From Deinococcaceae bacterium (GTDB lineage Bacteria > Deinococcota > Deinococci > Deinococcales > Trueperaceae): DNA of 30,887 bases. Positions 1 to 8,657 of the stretch are shown here, piece after piece; the stretch's first letter is position 1; each line of letters begins with the position of its first letter. A program made the translations under genes and the position numbers. The DNA is taken from positions 1 through 30,887 of the forward strand of contig JBDZWC010000021.1 in assembly GCA_040256005.1 (NCBI GenBank), given 5' to 3'. The notes beneath the pieces are model-generated. The model saw nothing but the letters and a program-made list of their open reading frames with translations, searched no databases and was not told the origin of the DNA.

Positions 1-1
1 C

Positions 2-2053
2 GTGGCGCCTCAGGCCGACGGGATCTCGTTCCCGTTCGACCTCGTCGAGTCGGGCGCAAGCGGCAGCGTTGAGCTAAGCGGGGCGATCTCGCTCGCGCCC
101 AGCTTCGACCTGAACGTCGATCTCGACATCGCGAGCTTCCAGGTGGACGAATTGACCATGGAGTTCGGGGCAGACCAGACGCTGCTGGCCGAGCTCTCCG
201 GCAGCGGGCAGGTGTCTTTCGGCGAGACCGTCCAGCTTGGCACCATCCCGTTCGCACCCATCACCTTGGTGATCCCGACGCCGGCTGGTCCGATCCCCTT
301 GATCCTCACCCCGGCGGTGGCCGTCGAAGCCGGCGTCTCTGGTAGCGTGGCCGGGTCCTTCCAGGCCAGCGTGAACCAGGAAGCGAGCTTCACCGCCGGT
401 GTCGGTTACCAGGACGGCGAGGCCGGCGGCTCCTGGGACGGCGACAGCGACCTGCAGTTCGAGCAGCCCACTTATGACGCCGCTCTCAGCGTGGAAGCGT
501 CGGCTGGGCCGCGCCTGGAAGTGCTGCTGTACGGCGCCGTAGGGCCTTACGCCTCGGTGCACGGCGTCGTGCGCGCGAACGCGACGGTCGAGGGACCGCC
601 CATCTGCACACGCGGGGTACTGGACGCCGGCCTCACGGCCAAGGCGGGCCTCGATCTCCTCGTCGACGAGTTCGACACCACCCTCCTGGACGAGGTCGTG
701 CCGGTGGCGAGCTTCGATTCCTGCTCGAACGACCCGAACGCGCCACGGCCGGCGGTCACCTGGGCCCGCTCGCTGAGCCGCGTCGGCAGCCAAGGCGAGG
801 ACGCGGCAGCCGTAGCCGAGGCGCCCGACGGTTCCTACCTCGTCGTCGGGAACAGCAGCCTCTTCGATGGCATCACCGGGTTCGGCGCCGCGCTGTGGGC
901 GGTACGCCTCGACCCCGTGGGCAACGTCATGTGGCAGAAGGCGTACTCGGGACTGGTGACCGGAGGAGTGGCGCAGGGGGCGATCGCCACGCCCGACGGG
1001 TTCGTGGTCGCGACCCTGACCGGGCTGATCAAGCTGGACACGGGCGGGAACGTGGCCTGGGGCAGGACCTACTCGTCTGCCGAGCCCGTCGCCATCGCCT
1101 CCATCGCCCCGGCCGCCGACGGCGGCATCGTGCTGGCCGGAACGCAAGGTCTGACGTCCAAGGCGTGGGCCGCGAAGGTGGACGAGCAAGGTGACGTCGT
1201 CTGGTCGCGCACGTTCGCCGGGCACGACTTCGCCGGCGTGGCCGCCCTCGCCGACGGCGGGCACGCCCTGGTGGGCACCATCGGCTCCAACGAGGGAGAC
1301 GCCTACGTGGTGAGGCTGAACGCAGCCGGCGGCGTCGTGTGGGAGCGCGCCATAAACAACGAGTACGACCAGAGCGGAGGCGACGGCGACCCGCTGCTGC
1401 AGTCGGGCACCGACGGCGGCTTCGACGTGGCAGAGGGCGACGGAGGCCTGGTGGTGGTGGGCTACAGCTACGGCGCGTTCCCGAACCCAGAGCCCGACCC
1501 GACCGGTCATTACGAGGCCTGGGTAGTCGAGCTTTCGTCCGGCGGCGAGTTAGTGAGCAGCACCGTCCACCGCGCGCCCTCTACGGCGGCGAACGACGTC
1601 GCCCAAGCCGTGGTCGTGAAGGATGACGGCGGTGTCGTCACGCTGGGCATGCGGGCCGACGACGCTTCCGACCTGTTCGAGGCCGAGGACGTTCTGGTCG
1701 TCCAGGGAGGCGCCTACAAGGCGTTCGGCGGAGGCGGCAACGACACGCTGAACACGGTCAGCGGCGCTTCGGCCAGCGACGCCGCGGCGGCCACAAGCGA
1801 CGGTGGACTCATCGTAGCGGCAACCAGCGACACGTTCACGGGCGAAGACCAGCTCTGGATACTCAAGCTGGGTCGGACAGCCAACATCGACTTCCCGTAC
1901 GACCACAACCCGGCTGGCTCGTCCTACGAGAACCCCGACGCGACGTCCTTCGAGACCGGCTCCGGCGGGACCGACGTGGCGCTGAGTTCCGGCTCGATCG
2001 GCTCCATCCCGGTCGAGAGCACGGCCGTCGACGCAGCCTGGCAGGCGCCGTGA
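2..2053 (+). CDS. 5'-truncated large acidic, probably extracellular protein with a beta-strand-rich region and C-terminal beta-propeller-type repeats
   Basis: ORF is open from the window edge, so the true start is upstream. Recurrent ~45-aa repeats: LWAVRLDPVGNVMWQKAY, LIKLDTGGNVAWGRTY, AWAAKVDEQGDVVWSRTF, AYVVRLNAAGGVVWERAI, AWVVELSSGG, LWILKLG. Very D/E/G/S/T-rich. Confidence 0.7.
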   Translation: MAPQADGISFPFDLVESGASGSVELSGAISLAPSFDLNVDLDIASFQVDELTMEFGADQTLLAELSGSGQVSFGETVQLGTIPFAPITLVIPTPAGPIPLILTPAVAVEAGVSGSVAGSFQASVNQEASFTAGVGYQDGEAGGSWDGDSDLQFEQPTYDAALSVEASAGPRLEVLLYGAVGPYASVHGVVRANATVEGPPICTRGVLDAGLTAKAGLDLLVDEFDTTLLDEVVPVASFDSCSNDPNAPRPAVTWARSLSRVGSQGEDAAAVAEAPDGSYLVVGNSSLFDGITGFGAALWAVRLDPVGNVMWQKAYSGLVTGGVAQGAIATPDGFVVATLTGLIKLDTGGNVAWGRTYSSAEPVAIASIAPAADGGIVLAGTQGLTSKAWAAKVDEQGDVVWSRTFAGHDFAGVAALADGGHALVGTIGSNEGDAYVVRLNAAGGVVWERAINNEYDQSGGDGDPLLQSGTDGGFDVAEGDGGLVVVGYSYGAFPNPEPDPTGHYEAWVVELSSGGELVSSTVHRAPSTAANDVAQAVVVKDDGGVVTLGMRADDASDLFEAEDVLVVQGGAYKAFGGGGNDTLNTVSGASASDAAAATSDGGLIVAATSDTFTGEDQLWILKLGRTANIDFPYDHNPAGSSYENPDATSFETGSGGTDVALSSGSIGSIPVESTAVDAAWQAP

Positions 2054-2086
2054 ACGGGGCCAGCCTGCGATCGAGCGCTCAACGTG

Positions 2087-3058
2087 CTACTGCCCTGCGC
2101 CCTCCACCTCGGTCGGGACCACGGACACCGTGAACGGGACCTCGGGCGTCCCCTGCATGGCCGCGAACTGCGAGTTCACTACCAGGAGGTCGTCTCCCAC
2201 CAGAGCCGCCGTGGCGGCGCTGCTCAGGCGCTCATCCTCCAGGTAGCCCACCAGCTGGGCGCTGGACCAATCGTCGGCCAGCCGTAGCACGGCCACGCGG
2301 TCCTCGCCGTTCTGCACCACGTAGAGGGTCTCGCCGTCGACGACCAAGCCGTCGCCGCCGGTGACCGCGACGCCGGCGTCGAGCTGTGCCACCTCGCGAC
2401 TGCCGACGTCGACGCGGTAGATGTTCCCGGTCGAGGCCTGCACGACCAGAAGTACGCTGCCGTCCTCGTTGGCGACGATCCCGTTGGCGTTGAAGCCCTC
2501 GCCGTACTCGAAGGCGGTGCCGGTGAAGTCGAGCCACGCCTCCGCCTGGCCGCCCCCACCCTCCACGCTGCCGGCGGGCACGCGCCATAGCGTCGGCCGA
2601 TTCGAGTCCGTGATGTAGGCGTCACCTGCGTTGGTCACGACGACGTCGTTGAGGAACATCGCCGGGCCCTGCGGGGTGGTGAACGTCGCGACCTGCTCGG
2701 CCGACGCAGCGTCGAAAACGAGCACCTCACCGCTGCCGCCGCCGGCGACCCACAGCCGGCCCATGTCGTCGAGATCCATGCCTATCGTCATGAACTGGCC
2801 ACGGGATCCGGCCGGAAGGAACTCGGTAGCTTCGCCCGACGCGATGTCCACCCGGTAGATACCGCCGGAGCCGGCACCCGCGACGTAGAAGACCCCTGCC
2901 GACTCGTCCACCGCGATCCCCTCAGGGAACACGGCGTCGCCGGGAAGCTCGTACTGGGTGGTCCCCTCGGGCACCTGGGACCAGGCCAGCGAGCAGAACA
3001 TGACCGCGGCGACCGATAGCGTCAGTACTGATGCGAACGAGAGCTTGCCTCTGATCAT
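2087..3058 (-). CDS. Exported SMP-30/gluconolactonase/LRE-like six-bladed beta-propeller protein
   Basis: Motifs FPEGIA, FLNDVV, NANGIV, GGDGL. Signal peptide ending AWS-Q. ATG at 3058 has GGAGGAG immediately upstream (ctcctcc 3061-3067), so the ORF-track start at 3076 is probably too long. Confidence 0.75.
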   Translation of the reverse strand: MIRGKLSFASVLTLSVAAVMFCSLAWSQVPEGTTQYELPGDAVFPEGIAVDESAGVFYVAGAGSGGIYRVDIASGEATEFLPAGSRGQFMTIGMDLDDMGRLWVAGGGSGEVLVFDAASAEQVATFTTPQGPAMFLNDVVVTNAGDAYITDSNRPTLWRVPAGSVEGGGGQAEAWLDFTGTAFEYGEGFNANGIVANEDGSVLLVVQASTGNIYRVDVGSREVAQLDAGVAVTGGDGLVVDGETLYVVQNGEDRVAVLRLADDWSSAQLVGYLEDERLSSAATAALVGDDLLVVNSQFAAMQGTPEVPFTVSVVPTEVEGAGQ

Positions 3059-3291
3059 CGCTCCTCCGCCTTCCATCCCCCACGTCTCGTGGCAGGTTAG
3101 GCGGCCCGGATGAGGACGGACTCAGACAGCGTAGAGAAGCCGCGGCCGCGCCTTTCCGCGACCAGCACGAGGAAGTCGCCCAGTCCGGCGCCGCTGCGAA
3201 GGGGCGCTCCGTGAACATAGTGCGACCCCCGTGAAACGATGGTTAATCCGCATTTCCTGGCGCGTAAGGCTGCCGTAAGCGCTCGCCTTGC

Positions 3292-4800
3292 ATGGTTGGT
3301 GACGTGACCCTAGACCCGAGGAGACCGAAGCCCGCTATCCGTATCGATCGCTCCTCGCCGCGTCTGCTGACTGGAACGCTGGGCAGGCGGGCCGAGACGT
3401 CGCGGCCGGTCACGCTGGGTCAGACCCTGGCATCGCTCAGTCACGCGCTGGACGTCAGCGAAGGGCACCATCACGAACACGCGCTCAGGTCGGCCGTCGT
3501 CGGCCTCCGGATCGGGCGCCAACTCGGTCTACCTGAGAAGCAGCTGACGGACCTCTACCACGCACATCTCCTCAAGGACCTAGGCGCTTCAGCCAACTCG
3601 GCGCAGCTCTACCACCTGTTCGGCCGAGACGACGCGCGCCTGCGTCGGGCGCTGCGGCGGATCGACACGGAGCGCCTGCGTGAAGGCGGCACGCTCGTGC
3701 TGAGTCAGTTGATCGGTGCCGTCAAGGGTCCGTGGCGCCTGAAGTACCTCCTCGACCTCGGCCTGGGCCGCTACGACATCGTCGCGAACCTGGTCACGAC
3801 CCGTGCGGAGCGTGGCGCCAAGCTGGCGGCAGAGATGAAGCTGGGGCCTGGCGTGGCCGAAGCGATCGGATCGGCGGCGGAGCGCTTCGACGGAAGCGGT
3901 GCGCCCAGGGGCCTCAGCGGCGACGACATACCGCTGGCCGGCCGCATCCTCGCCCTTTCGCAAGCCGTCACCCAGCAGTACGCCGACTCGAACCCCGATG
4001 GCGCCATGGCGCTGGCCCGGAAGCACGCCGGCTCCTGGTTCGATCCGGAGATCGTGGCGGCCTTCGAGCACCCACGCGTTTCGGGCGACCTGGTGGACTC
4101 GCTGCGCCACGACCAGGTCTGGCATCAGTTGACGCAGCTCGAGCCGCTCGAGCAGCCCTTCACCGTGGATGACGATCGCCTGGACGGGATCGCCACGGTG
4201 TTCGGACACGTGATCGACGCCAAGTCCCCGTGGACCAGGCGCCACTCGACCAGGGTGAGGGAACTGGTGCTCGGCATGCTCGACCAGGTGGACCCCTCCG
4301 GTGACATGGCAGCACGCAGGCGCGCGCTGAGCCGCGGCGCCTCTCTGCACGACGTGGGCACGTTGGGTGTCTCGAACGCGGTCCTCGACAAGACCGGCTC
4401 GCTCGACGCCACCGAGACCGAGGTCATCAGACGCCACACCGCGTACGGCGAGCACATCCTCTCCTGGGCCGACGCGTTCGCGGAAGTAGTCCCGCTGGCC
4501 GCAGGTCATCACGAGCGCCTCGACGGTCGCGGGTACCACGGCTCGGTGCCCGCGAACCTGTTGCCGTTCGACGTGAGGCTGTTGGCGGTGGCCGACCAGT
4601 TCGAGGCTCTCACCTCGCCGCGGCCGCACCGCGACCCGTTCTCCTCGACCGAGGCCCTGGCGATCCTAGCTGCCGAGGCGGGCTCGGGCATCGACGACGA
4701 GGCACTCGAGGCGCTCGAGCGCTTCCTCGCGTCCCCCTCCGCCGGTTCCTTGCTCTCTCCCACCGAGTTCGACCCAGAAGAGCTCGTCGTCATCGCCTAG
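3292..4800 (+). CDS. Tandem HD-GYP / HD-domain phosphohydrolase (putative cyclic dinucleotide phosphodiesterase)
   Basis: C-terminal domain: HSTRV...LHDVG...RRHT...HHERLDGRGYH...VADQFEALTSPRPHR. Degenerate N-terminal domain: HALRS...LKDLG...ERFDGSGAP. Start codon uncertain. Confidence 0.8.
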   Translation: MVGDVTLDPRRPKPAIRIDRSSPRLLTGTLGRRAETSRPVTLGQTLASLSHALDVSEGHHHEHALRSAVVGLRIGRQLGLPEKQLTDLYHAHLLKDLGASANSAQLYHLFGRDDARLRRALRRIDTERLREGGTLVLSQLIGAVKGPWRLKYLLDLGLGRYDIVANLVTTRAERGAKLAAEMKLGPGVAEAIGSAAERFDGSGAPRGLSGDDIPLAGRILALSQAVTQQYADSNPDGAMALARKHAGSWFDPEIVAAFEHPRVSGDLVDSLRHDQVWHQLTQLEPLEQPFTVDDDRLDGIATVFGHVIDAKSPWTRRHSTRVRELVLGMLDQVDPSGDMAARRRALSRGASLHDVGTLGVSNAVLDKTGSLDATETEVIRRHTAYGEHILSWADAFAEVVPLAAGHHERLDGRGYHGSVPANLLPFDVRLLAVADQFEALTSPRPHRDPFSSTEALAILAAEAGSGIDDEALEALERFLASPSAGSLLSPTEFDPEELVVIA

Positions 4801-4828
4801 GGCCCGCACCCCGGCACCTCCCCGTAGA

Positions 4829-4859
4829 AGGGCCCCGGTCGACGAACGACCGGGGCCCT
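4829..4859. terminator. Hairpin between convergent HD-GYP and rplS genes (probable intrinsic terminator)
   Basis: Perfect 13-bp stem AGGGCCCCGGTCG / CGACCGGGGCCCT with 5-nt loop ACGAA. U-tract is weak. Confidence 0.7.
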
Positions 4860-4909
4860 GATACGCGTTGAAGTGCGCGGCCCTGACCCGGACCGTGGCT
4901 GGCGCTGCC

Positions 4910-5326
4910 TTAGTCTTCCTTGCCTTCGCGCGCGGCGCGGGCGGCGGCGCGGTCCTCTTCTTGGCGACCGACGTCGGTCTTCAGGCGGGCGGCCTTGCCC
5001 CTGAGCTCGCGCAGGTAGTAGAGCTTCGAGCGACGGGTACGACCGCGACGCACGACCTCGATCTTGCTGATGAGAGGCGAGTTGAGGGGGAACACGCGCT
5101 CCACGCCCTCGCCGAAGGAGACCTTGCGGACCGTCACGGTGCTGCGGGCGCCCTTGCCGTTCTTGCGGGCGATCACGACGCCCTCGAACGCCTGGACGCG
5201 GCTGCGGTTGCCCTCGACGACCTTGTAGTCGACGCGCACCGTGTCGCCCGTGGCGAACTCGGGGATGTCGTCCCGGAGGAACGGCTGCTCGATTGAGCGC
5301 AGGATGGCGCCTTTGTTGTACTTCAT
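4910..5326 (-). CDS. rplS: 50S ribosomal protein L19
   Basis: [47 protein letters not shown] motifs. Confidence 0.97.
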   Translation of the reverse strand: MKYNKGAILRSIEQPFLRDDIPEFATGDTVRVDYKVVEGNRSRVQAFEGVVIARKNGKGARSTVTVRKVSFGEGVERVFPLNSPLISKIEVVRRGRTRRSKLYYLRELRGKAARLKTDVGRQEEDRAAARAAREGKED

Positions 5327-5416
5327 CTCTCGTCTCGATTCCCGGTGGAGCTACCGTTGGCTTTTCCTGGTGGCGGCCGCGTCGAAGCACTGCCTGGCGG
5401 CCAGCAAAGCCTTGCT

Positions 5417-5446
5417 ATCTTAGCGGAACGGGACCGTTCCTTTCAA
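5417..5446 (-). promoter_or_regulatory. Sigma70-type promoter for rplS
   Basis: Minus strand reads TTGAAA (5446-5441), 18-nt spacer, TAAGAT (5422-5417), about 90 nt upstream of the rplS ATG. Confidence 0.6.
5425..5440. promoter_or_regulatory. Palindromic operator-like site GGAACGG-GA-CCGTTCC
   Basis: Perfect 7-bp inverted repeat with 2-nt centre, in the divergent rplS/VOC intergenic region and inside the -35/-10 spacer. Confidence 0.45.
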
Positions 5447-5506
5447 CAGCGGGACACGCGCACGCTTGGAACGGGCCATGCCCCTAACGCGCGACGGAGG
5501 ATCACC

Positions 5507-6526
5507 TTGTCAGTGCAGACGCACGGCGTCCACCACACCTCGGGCATCGGGGGCCGGGCGCAGTACAGCATCGAGTTCTACTACCGGGTGCTGGGGCTGA
5601 GGCTCGTGAAGCGGACCGTCAACTACGACGACCCGTCGACGTATCACCTCTACTTCGGTGACGCGTCAGGCAACCCGGGCAGCGTGCTCACCCTCTTCTC
5701 GTGGCCGGGCTCGGGTGCGGGTCATCCCGGCGGCACGGCCACGAGCGAGGTCGCGTTGCGCGTACCCCCCGGCGCCTTGGACGGTTGGCGCGAGCGGCTC
5801 TCGCGACATGAGGTGCCCCACGAGACCGCCCACCGGTTGGGAAGGGACCACTTGGTCTTCGCAGACCCGGACGGCCTCCGCCTGGCAGTCGTGGAGGGCG
5901 AAGCGCCCCCGTTGCCCAAGCCGGAGCCCGGCGCCGAACCTGCCAGCCTGCTCACTCCCGTGCGCTACTTCGCCCCGCCCTTCATCCCATCGGATGAGGC
6001 GGTCACCTGCATAGACCACGTCACGCTGGAAGCCGCCGACGTGAGCGCGTTCGGCGCTGCCCTCATGGCCGTGCTGTCCCTGGAGGAGGTGGCGTCCGAA
6101 GCCGGCCGCGTGCGGTTGGCACCGGCAGGGTCAGGCTCGCTCGGCGCCCGCGCGATCGAGCTGGCGCCCAGCGGTAGGGACGGGCGTACCTCGTTCGGGC
6201 GGGGCAGCTATCACCACGTGGCCTTCGAGGTCGAGGACGACGAGGCGCTGGAGCTGGCCAGACAGCGGGTCATGAGCGCGGGACTGGCGCCGACGAAGGT
6301 GAAGGAGCGGACCTACTTCCGCTCGGTCTACTTCTCGGGCCCCGGCGGCGCCGTCATCGAGCTGGCCACGCGAGGACCGGGCTTCACCGTCGACGAACCG
6401 CTGGAGGAGCTGGGCCTGGCTTTCAAGCTGCCGGCATGGCTCGAGTCGGAACGGCAGTTCATCCGCTCGCAGCTTCCTGTCACCGCCAGCCCCGAGTACG
6501 CCCACCTCTACCGACCGCAGTCGTGA
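5507..6526 (+). CDS. VOC-family (glyoxalase/ring-cleaving dioxygenase, MhqO-like) protein
   Basis: GVHHT...FYYRVLGLRLVKRTVNYDDPSTYHLYFGD, YHHVAF, ERTYFRSVYF, VIELATRGPGF. TTG at 5507 follows GGAGG (5496-5500); the ORF-track start at 5345 is too long. Confidence 0.85.
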   Translation: MSVQTHGVHHTSGIGGRAQYSIEFYYRVLGLRLVKRTVNYDDPSTYHLYFGDASGNPGSVLTLFSWPGSGAGHPGGTATSEVALRVPPGALDGWRERLSRHEVPHETAHRLGRDHLVFADPDGLRLAVVEGEAPPLPKPEPGAEPASLLTPVRYFAPPFIPSDEAVTCIDHVTLEAADVSAFGAALMAVLSLEEVASEAGRVRLAPAGSGSLGARAIELAPSGRDGRTSFGRGSYHHVAFEVEDDEALELARQRVMSAGLAPTKVKERTYFRSVYFSGPGGAVIELATRGPGFTVDEPLEELGLAFKLPAWLESERQFIRSQLPVTASPEYAHLYRPQS

Positions 6527-7554
6527 GTCGCGGGGCCTGGCTGGCCGTGCTGTTCGGCATGGCCGGGTTAGCCGTGACGATGTGGCTATTGGGCGGCAGC
6601 GTGAGGTCTCTGGCCCGTGTGCCGGCCTGGTCGTTCGCCGTGGGGGCGGCGCTGGTCGTCGCCAACTACGTCGCCGGGATGGTGCGTCTGCGGCTGATCT
6701 CCAGTCTGGGCGGGCACCCGCTCCCGCATGGCAGCTGCCTGCGCGCGTACGCGCTGGGCCTCTTCAGCGCGGCGGTGACGCCCGGCAGCGCGGGCCAGGC
6801 TCCGGCCGTCGCGCTTGCTCTGCTCCGCGACGGGCTGACGGGAGCGCAGGCGTGGTCTATCAACGTCTACGTGTGGGTGCTCGACCTGGCGTTCCTGACC
6901 TACTCCGTGCCGGCCAGCCTGCTGCTCATAGGCCGCGCCGCCGTGCCGTTGTCGACCGCTCAGCTGTGGGCGTTCGCGGCACTGGTCGCGGCGCTGGCGG
7001 CGGCCATGATGTGGGTCCTGTCGTTCCGGCTCAACTGGATCACGAACCTCGGGCGGCGCGTGTTCCGCCTGCGGTGGCTGTCGCGCTGGCGGGCCAACAC
7101 CGACGTCTTCTTCTCTCGCGTCGAGGCCGCCTCGGGCCAGATCATGTCCGGCAGCTTGGCCCAGAGGGCCGCGCTCCACCTGCTGACGGCGGTCGTCTAC
7201 CTCAGCACCCTGGCCGTCTTCTGGGTGATGGTCGTGTCCGTCAGGCCCGAGGCCCCGCTGTTGACGACGATGGCGATCGCCCAGGTGCCCATGGTCCTGG
7301 CCACGTTCATGCCCACACCGGGTGGAGCCGGGCTGCTGGAGATCTTCACGGCGTCCCTGTTCGTCGCCGGCTCGTCTGACGCCAGGACCCACGGCGGCGC
7401 CATCCAAGCGGCCGGTGGCACGGTGGCGGCGGCCATCCTCGGCTGGAGGCTACTGACGTTCTACTCGCGGTTCGTGGTGGGTCCCATCGCCGGCTCCACC
7501 TTCGCGCGCCCGGCGCCGAACGAGGGAGGCTCGGGACAGGGTTCGGACGGCTGA
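6523..7554 (+). CDS. Lysylphosphatidylglycerol synthase TM-region / UPF0104 flippase-like membrane protein
   Basis: Multi-TM protein with AVTPGSAGQAP, MPTPGGAGLLE and GWRLLTFY. GTG start overlaps the VOC stop (GTGA 6523-6526). Confidence 0.75.
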   Translation: MSRGAWLAVLFGMAGLAVTMWLLGGSVRSLARVPAWSFAVGAALVVANYVAGMVRLRLISSLGGHPLPHGSCLRAYALGLFSAAVTPGSAGQAPAVALALLRDGLTGAQAWSINVYVWVLDLAFLTYSVPASLLLIGRAAVPLSTAQLWAFAALVAALAAAMMWVLSFRLNWITNLGRRVFRLRWLSRWRANTDVFFSRVEAASGQIMSGSLAQRAALHLLTAVVYLSTLAVFWVMVVSVRPEAPLLTTMAIAQVPMVLATFMPTPGGAGLLEIFTASLFVAGSSDARTHGGAIQAAGGTVAAAILGWRLLTFYSRFVVGPIAGSTFARPAPNEGGSGQGSDG

Positions 7555-7561
7555 TCGCGGC

Positions 7562-8623
7562 TCAACGCCGCCACGGCATCACGCGGCGCTCCACCCACTG
7601 CAGGACCACGGTCAAGCCGACGCCCATGGCCATGATCACCAGCAGGGCCGCGTACATCTTGGGAGTGGACAGCACCTGCCAGTGGTAGTAGACGAGGAAG
7701 CCGACGCCGGTCTGCGATCGCACGAACTCGACCGCGACGATGACGATGAGGGCCGTGCCGAGCGCCAGACGCAAGCCGTTGAACACGATCGGCAGCGCCC
7801 CCGGCAGGATCACGTGCCTGAACATCTGCAAGCGGTTGGCGCCGAAGTTCTTGCCCGCCTGCACCAGGACCGGATCGATGCCCTGGACGCCGGCCATCGT
7901 CGAGAGCGCGACCAGGAAGAACGCCGATATCGCCACCACCGTCACCTTCGGCCCCTCGCCGAACGGATCGGCGAAGACCAGCATGAGCAAAGGGAACACG
8001 GCGATCTTGGGCAGCACGTAGACGGCCGACATGGTGGCGTCGAGCATCGCCCTCACCGTCTTGTTGAGGCCCATGACGATGCCGATGAGCACGCCCGGCG
8101 CGGCGCCGAGCGCGAAGCCGACGAGAACCCGCGAGAGCGTCGCCCACAGGTGGCTCTCCGCGAACGTGGCGCTCACGCCGGCCCAACCAGACTCGGCGAT
8201 GCGCGCAGTCAGCAGCCAGGGCCTACCCAGCAACGACAGCCCGCTGAAGCGGTCCACGTTCACGGTCAGGTCCCACAGCGCGCCGGCGATCTGGGTGGGC
8301 GGCGGGAACCAGCGCGGGTTGAGGATCGCGCTGCGCGCCAGCCACTCCCACGCTGCCAGCGCCAGCACCGGGAAGACCCACGCCAGTGCCGACTGGTAGG
8401 CCCGCTTGAGCCTGAAGGACAGCCGCCTCTCCAGCGCCTCCGCCGCGAAGACGAGGAGGGTGAACTCGGCCGCCAGCAGCGCCCACCACCACGTCCGCCA
8501 CAGCCCGAGAGCCGTGCCGAGCGCGGCGACAGCGACCATCCCGGCGAGGGGCCACACGAGATCGCCGGCCGGCCTCACCACGGGACGCGCCGTCGCCGAC
8601 GCCCTGGCCCCAGCGGAGCTCAC
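7562..8623 (-). CDS. ABC transporter permease, NitT/TauT/SsuC family
   Basis: WFPPPTQI, TLSRVLVGF, LPKIAVFP; EAA-like loop LVQAGKNFGANRLQMFRHVILPGALP; IVAVEF. Confidence 0.9.
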   Translation of the reverse strand: MSSAGARASATARPVVRPAGDLVWPLAGMVAVAALGTALGLWRTWWWALLAAEFTLLVFAAEALERRLSFRLKRAYQSALAWVFPVLALAAWEWLARSAILNPRWFPPPTQIAGALWDLTVNVDRFSGLSLLGRPWLLTARIAESGWAGVSATFAESHLWATLSRVLVGFALGAAPGVLIGIVMGLNKTVRAMLDATMSAVYVLPKIAVFPLLMLVFADPFGEGPKVTVVAISAFFLVALSTMAGVQGIDPVLVQAGKNFGANRLQMFRHVILPGALPIVFNGLRLALGTALIVIVAVEFVRSQTGVGFLVYYHWQVLSTPKMYAALLVIMAMGVGLTVVLQWVERRVMPWRR

Positions 8624-8631
8624 CGGCTCAC
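8616..8631. repeat. 8-nt tandem duplication (CGGTGAGC x2 on minus strand) at the permease start
   Basis: Minus strand reads GCGGTGAGCCGGTGAGCTCC across the permease start codon. Confidence 0.6.
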
Positions 8632-8657
8632 CGCGACGGTGGCGGGCGGAACGGGCG

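Noticed and set aside
74..1510. Long antisense and alternate-frame ORFs (e.g. 74-1510, 3589-4629, 7682-8869, 9611-10642, 19565-20518, 27559-28953, 29002-29865)
   Set aside because: They shadow well-supported genes, show R/G/A/P-rich or mirrored composition and have no motifs; this is expected from stop-codon scarcity at high GC.
2922..3218. 98-aa minus-strand ORF (MFTERPF...) upstream of the SMP-30-like gene
   Set aside because: It overlaps that gene out of frame by more than 130 nt and has no RBS or recognisable features.
3180..3291. Possible c-di-GMP riboswitch upstream of the HD-GYP gene (a GAAA-containing segment at ~3229-3242)
   Set aside because: The conserved GEMM junction and tetraloop-receptor stem could not be found.
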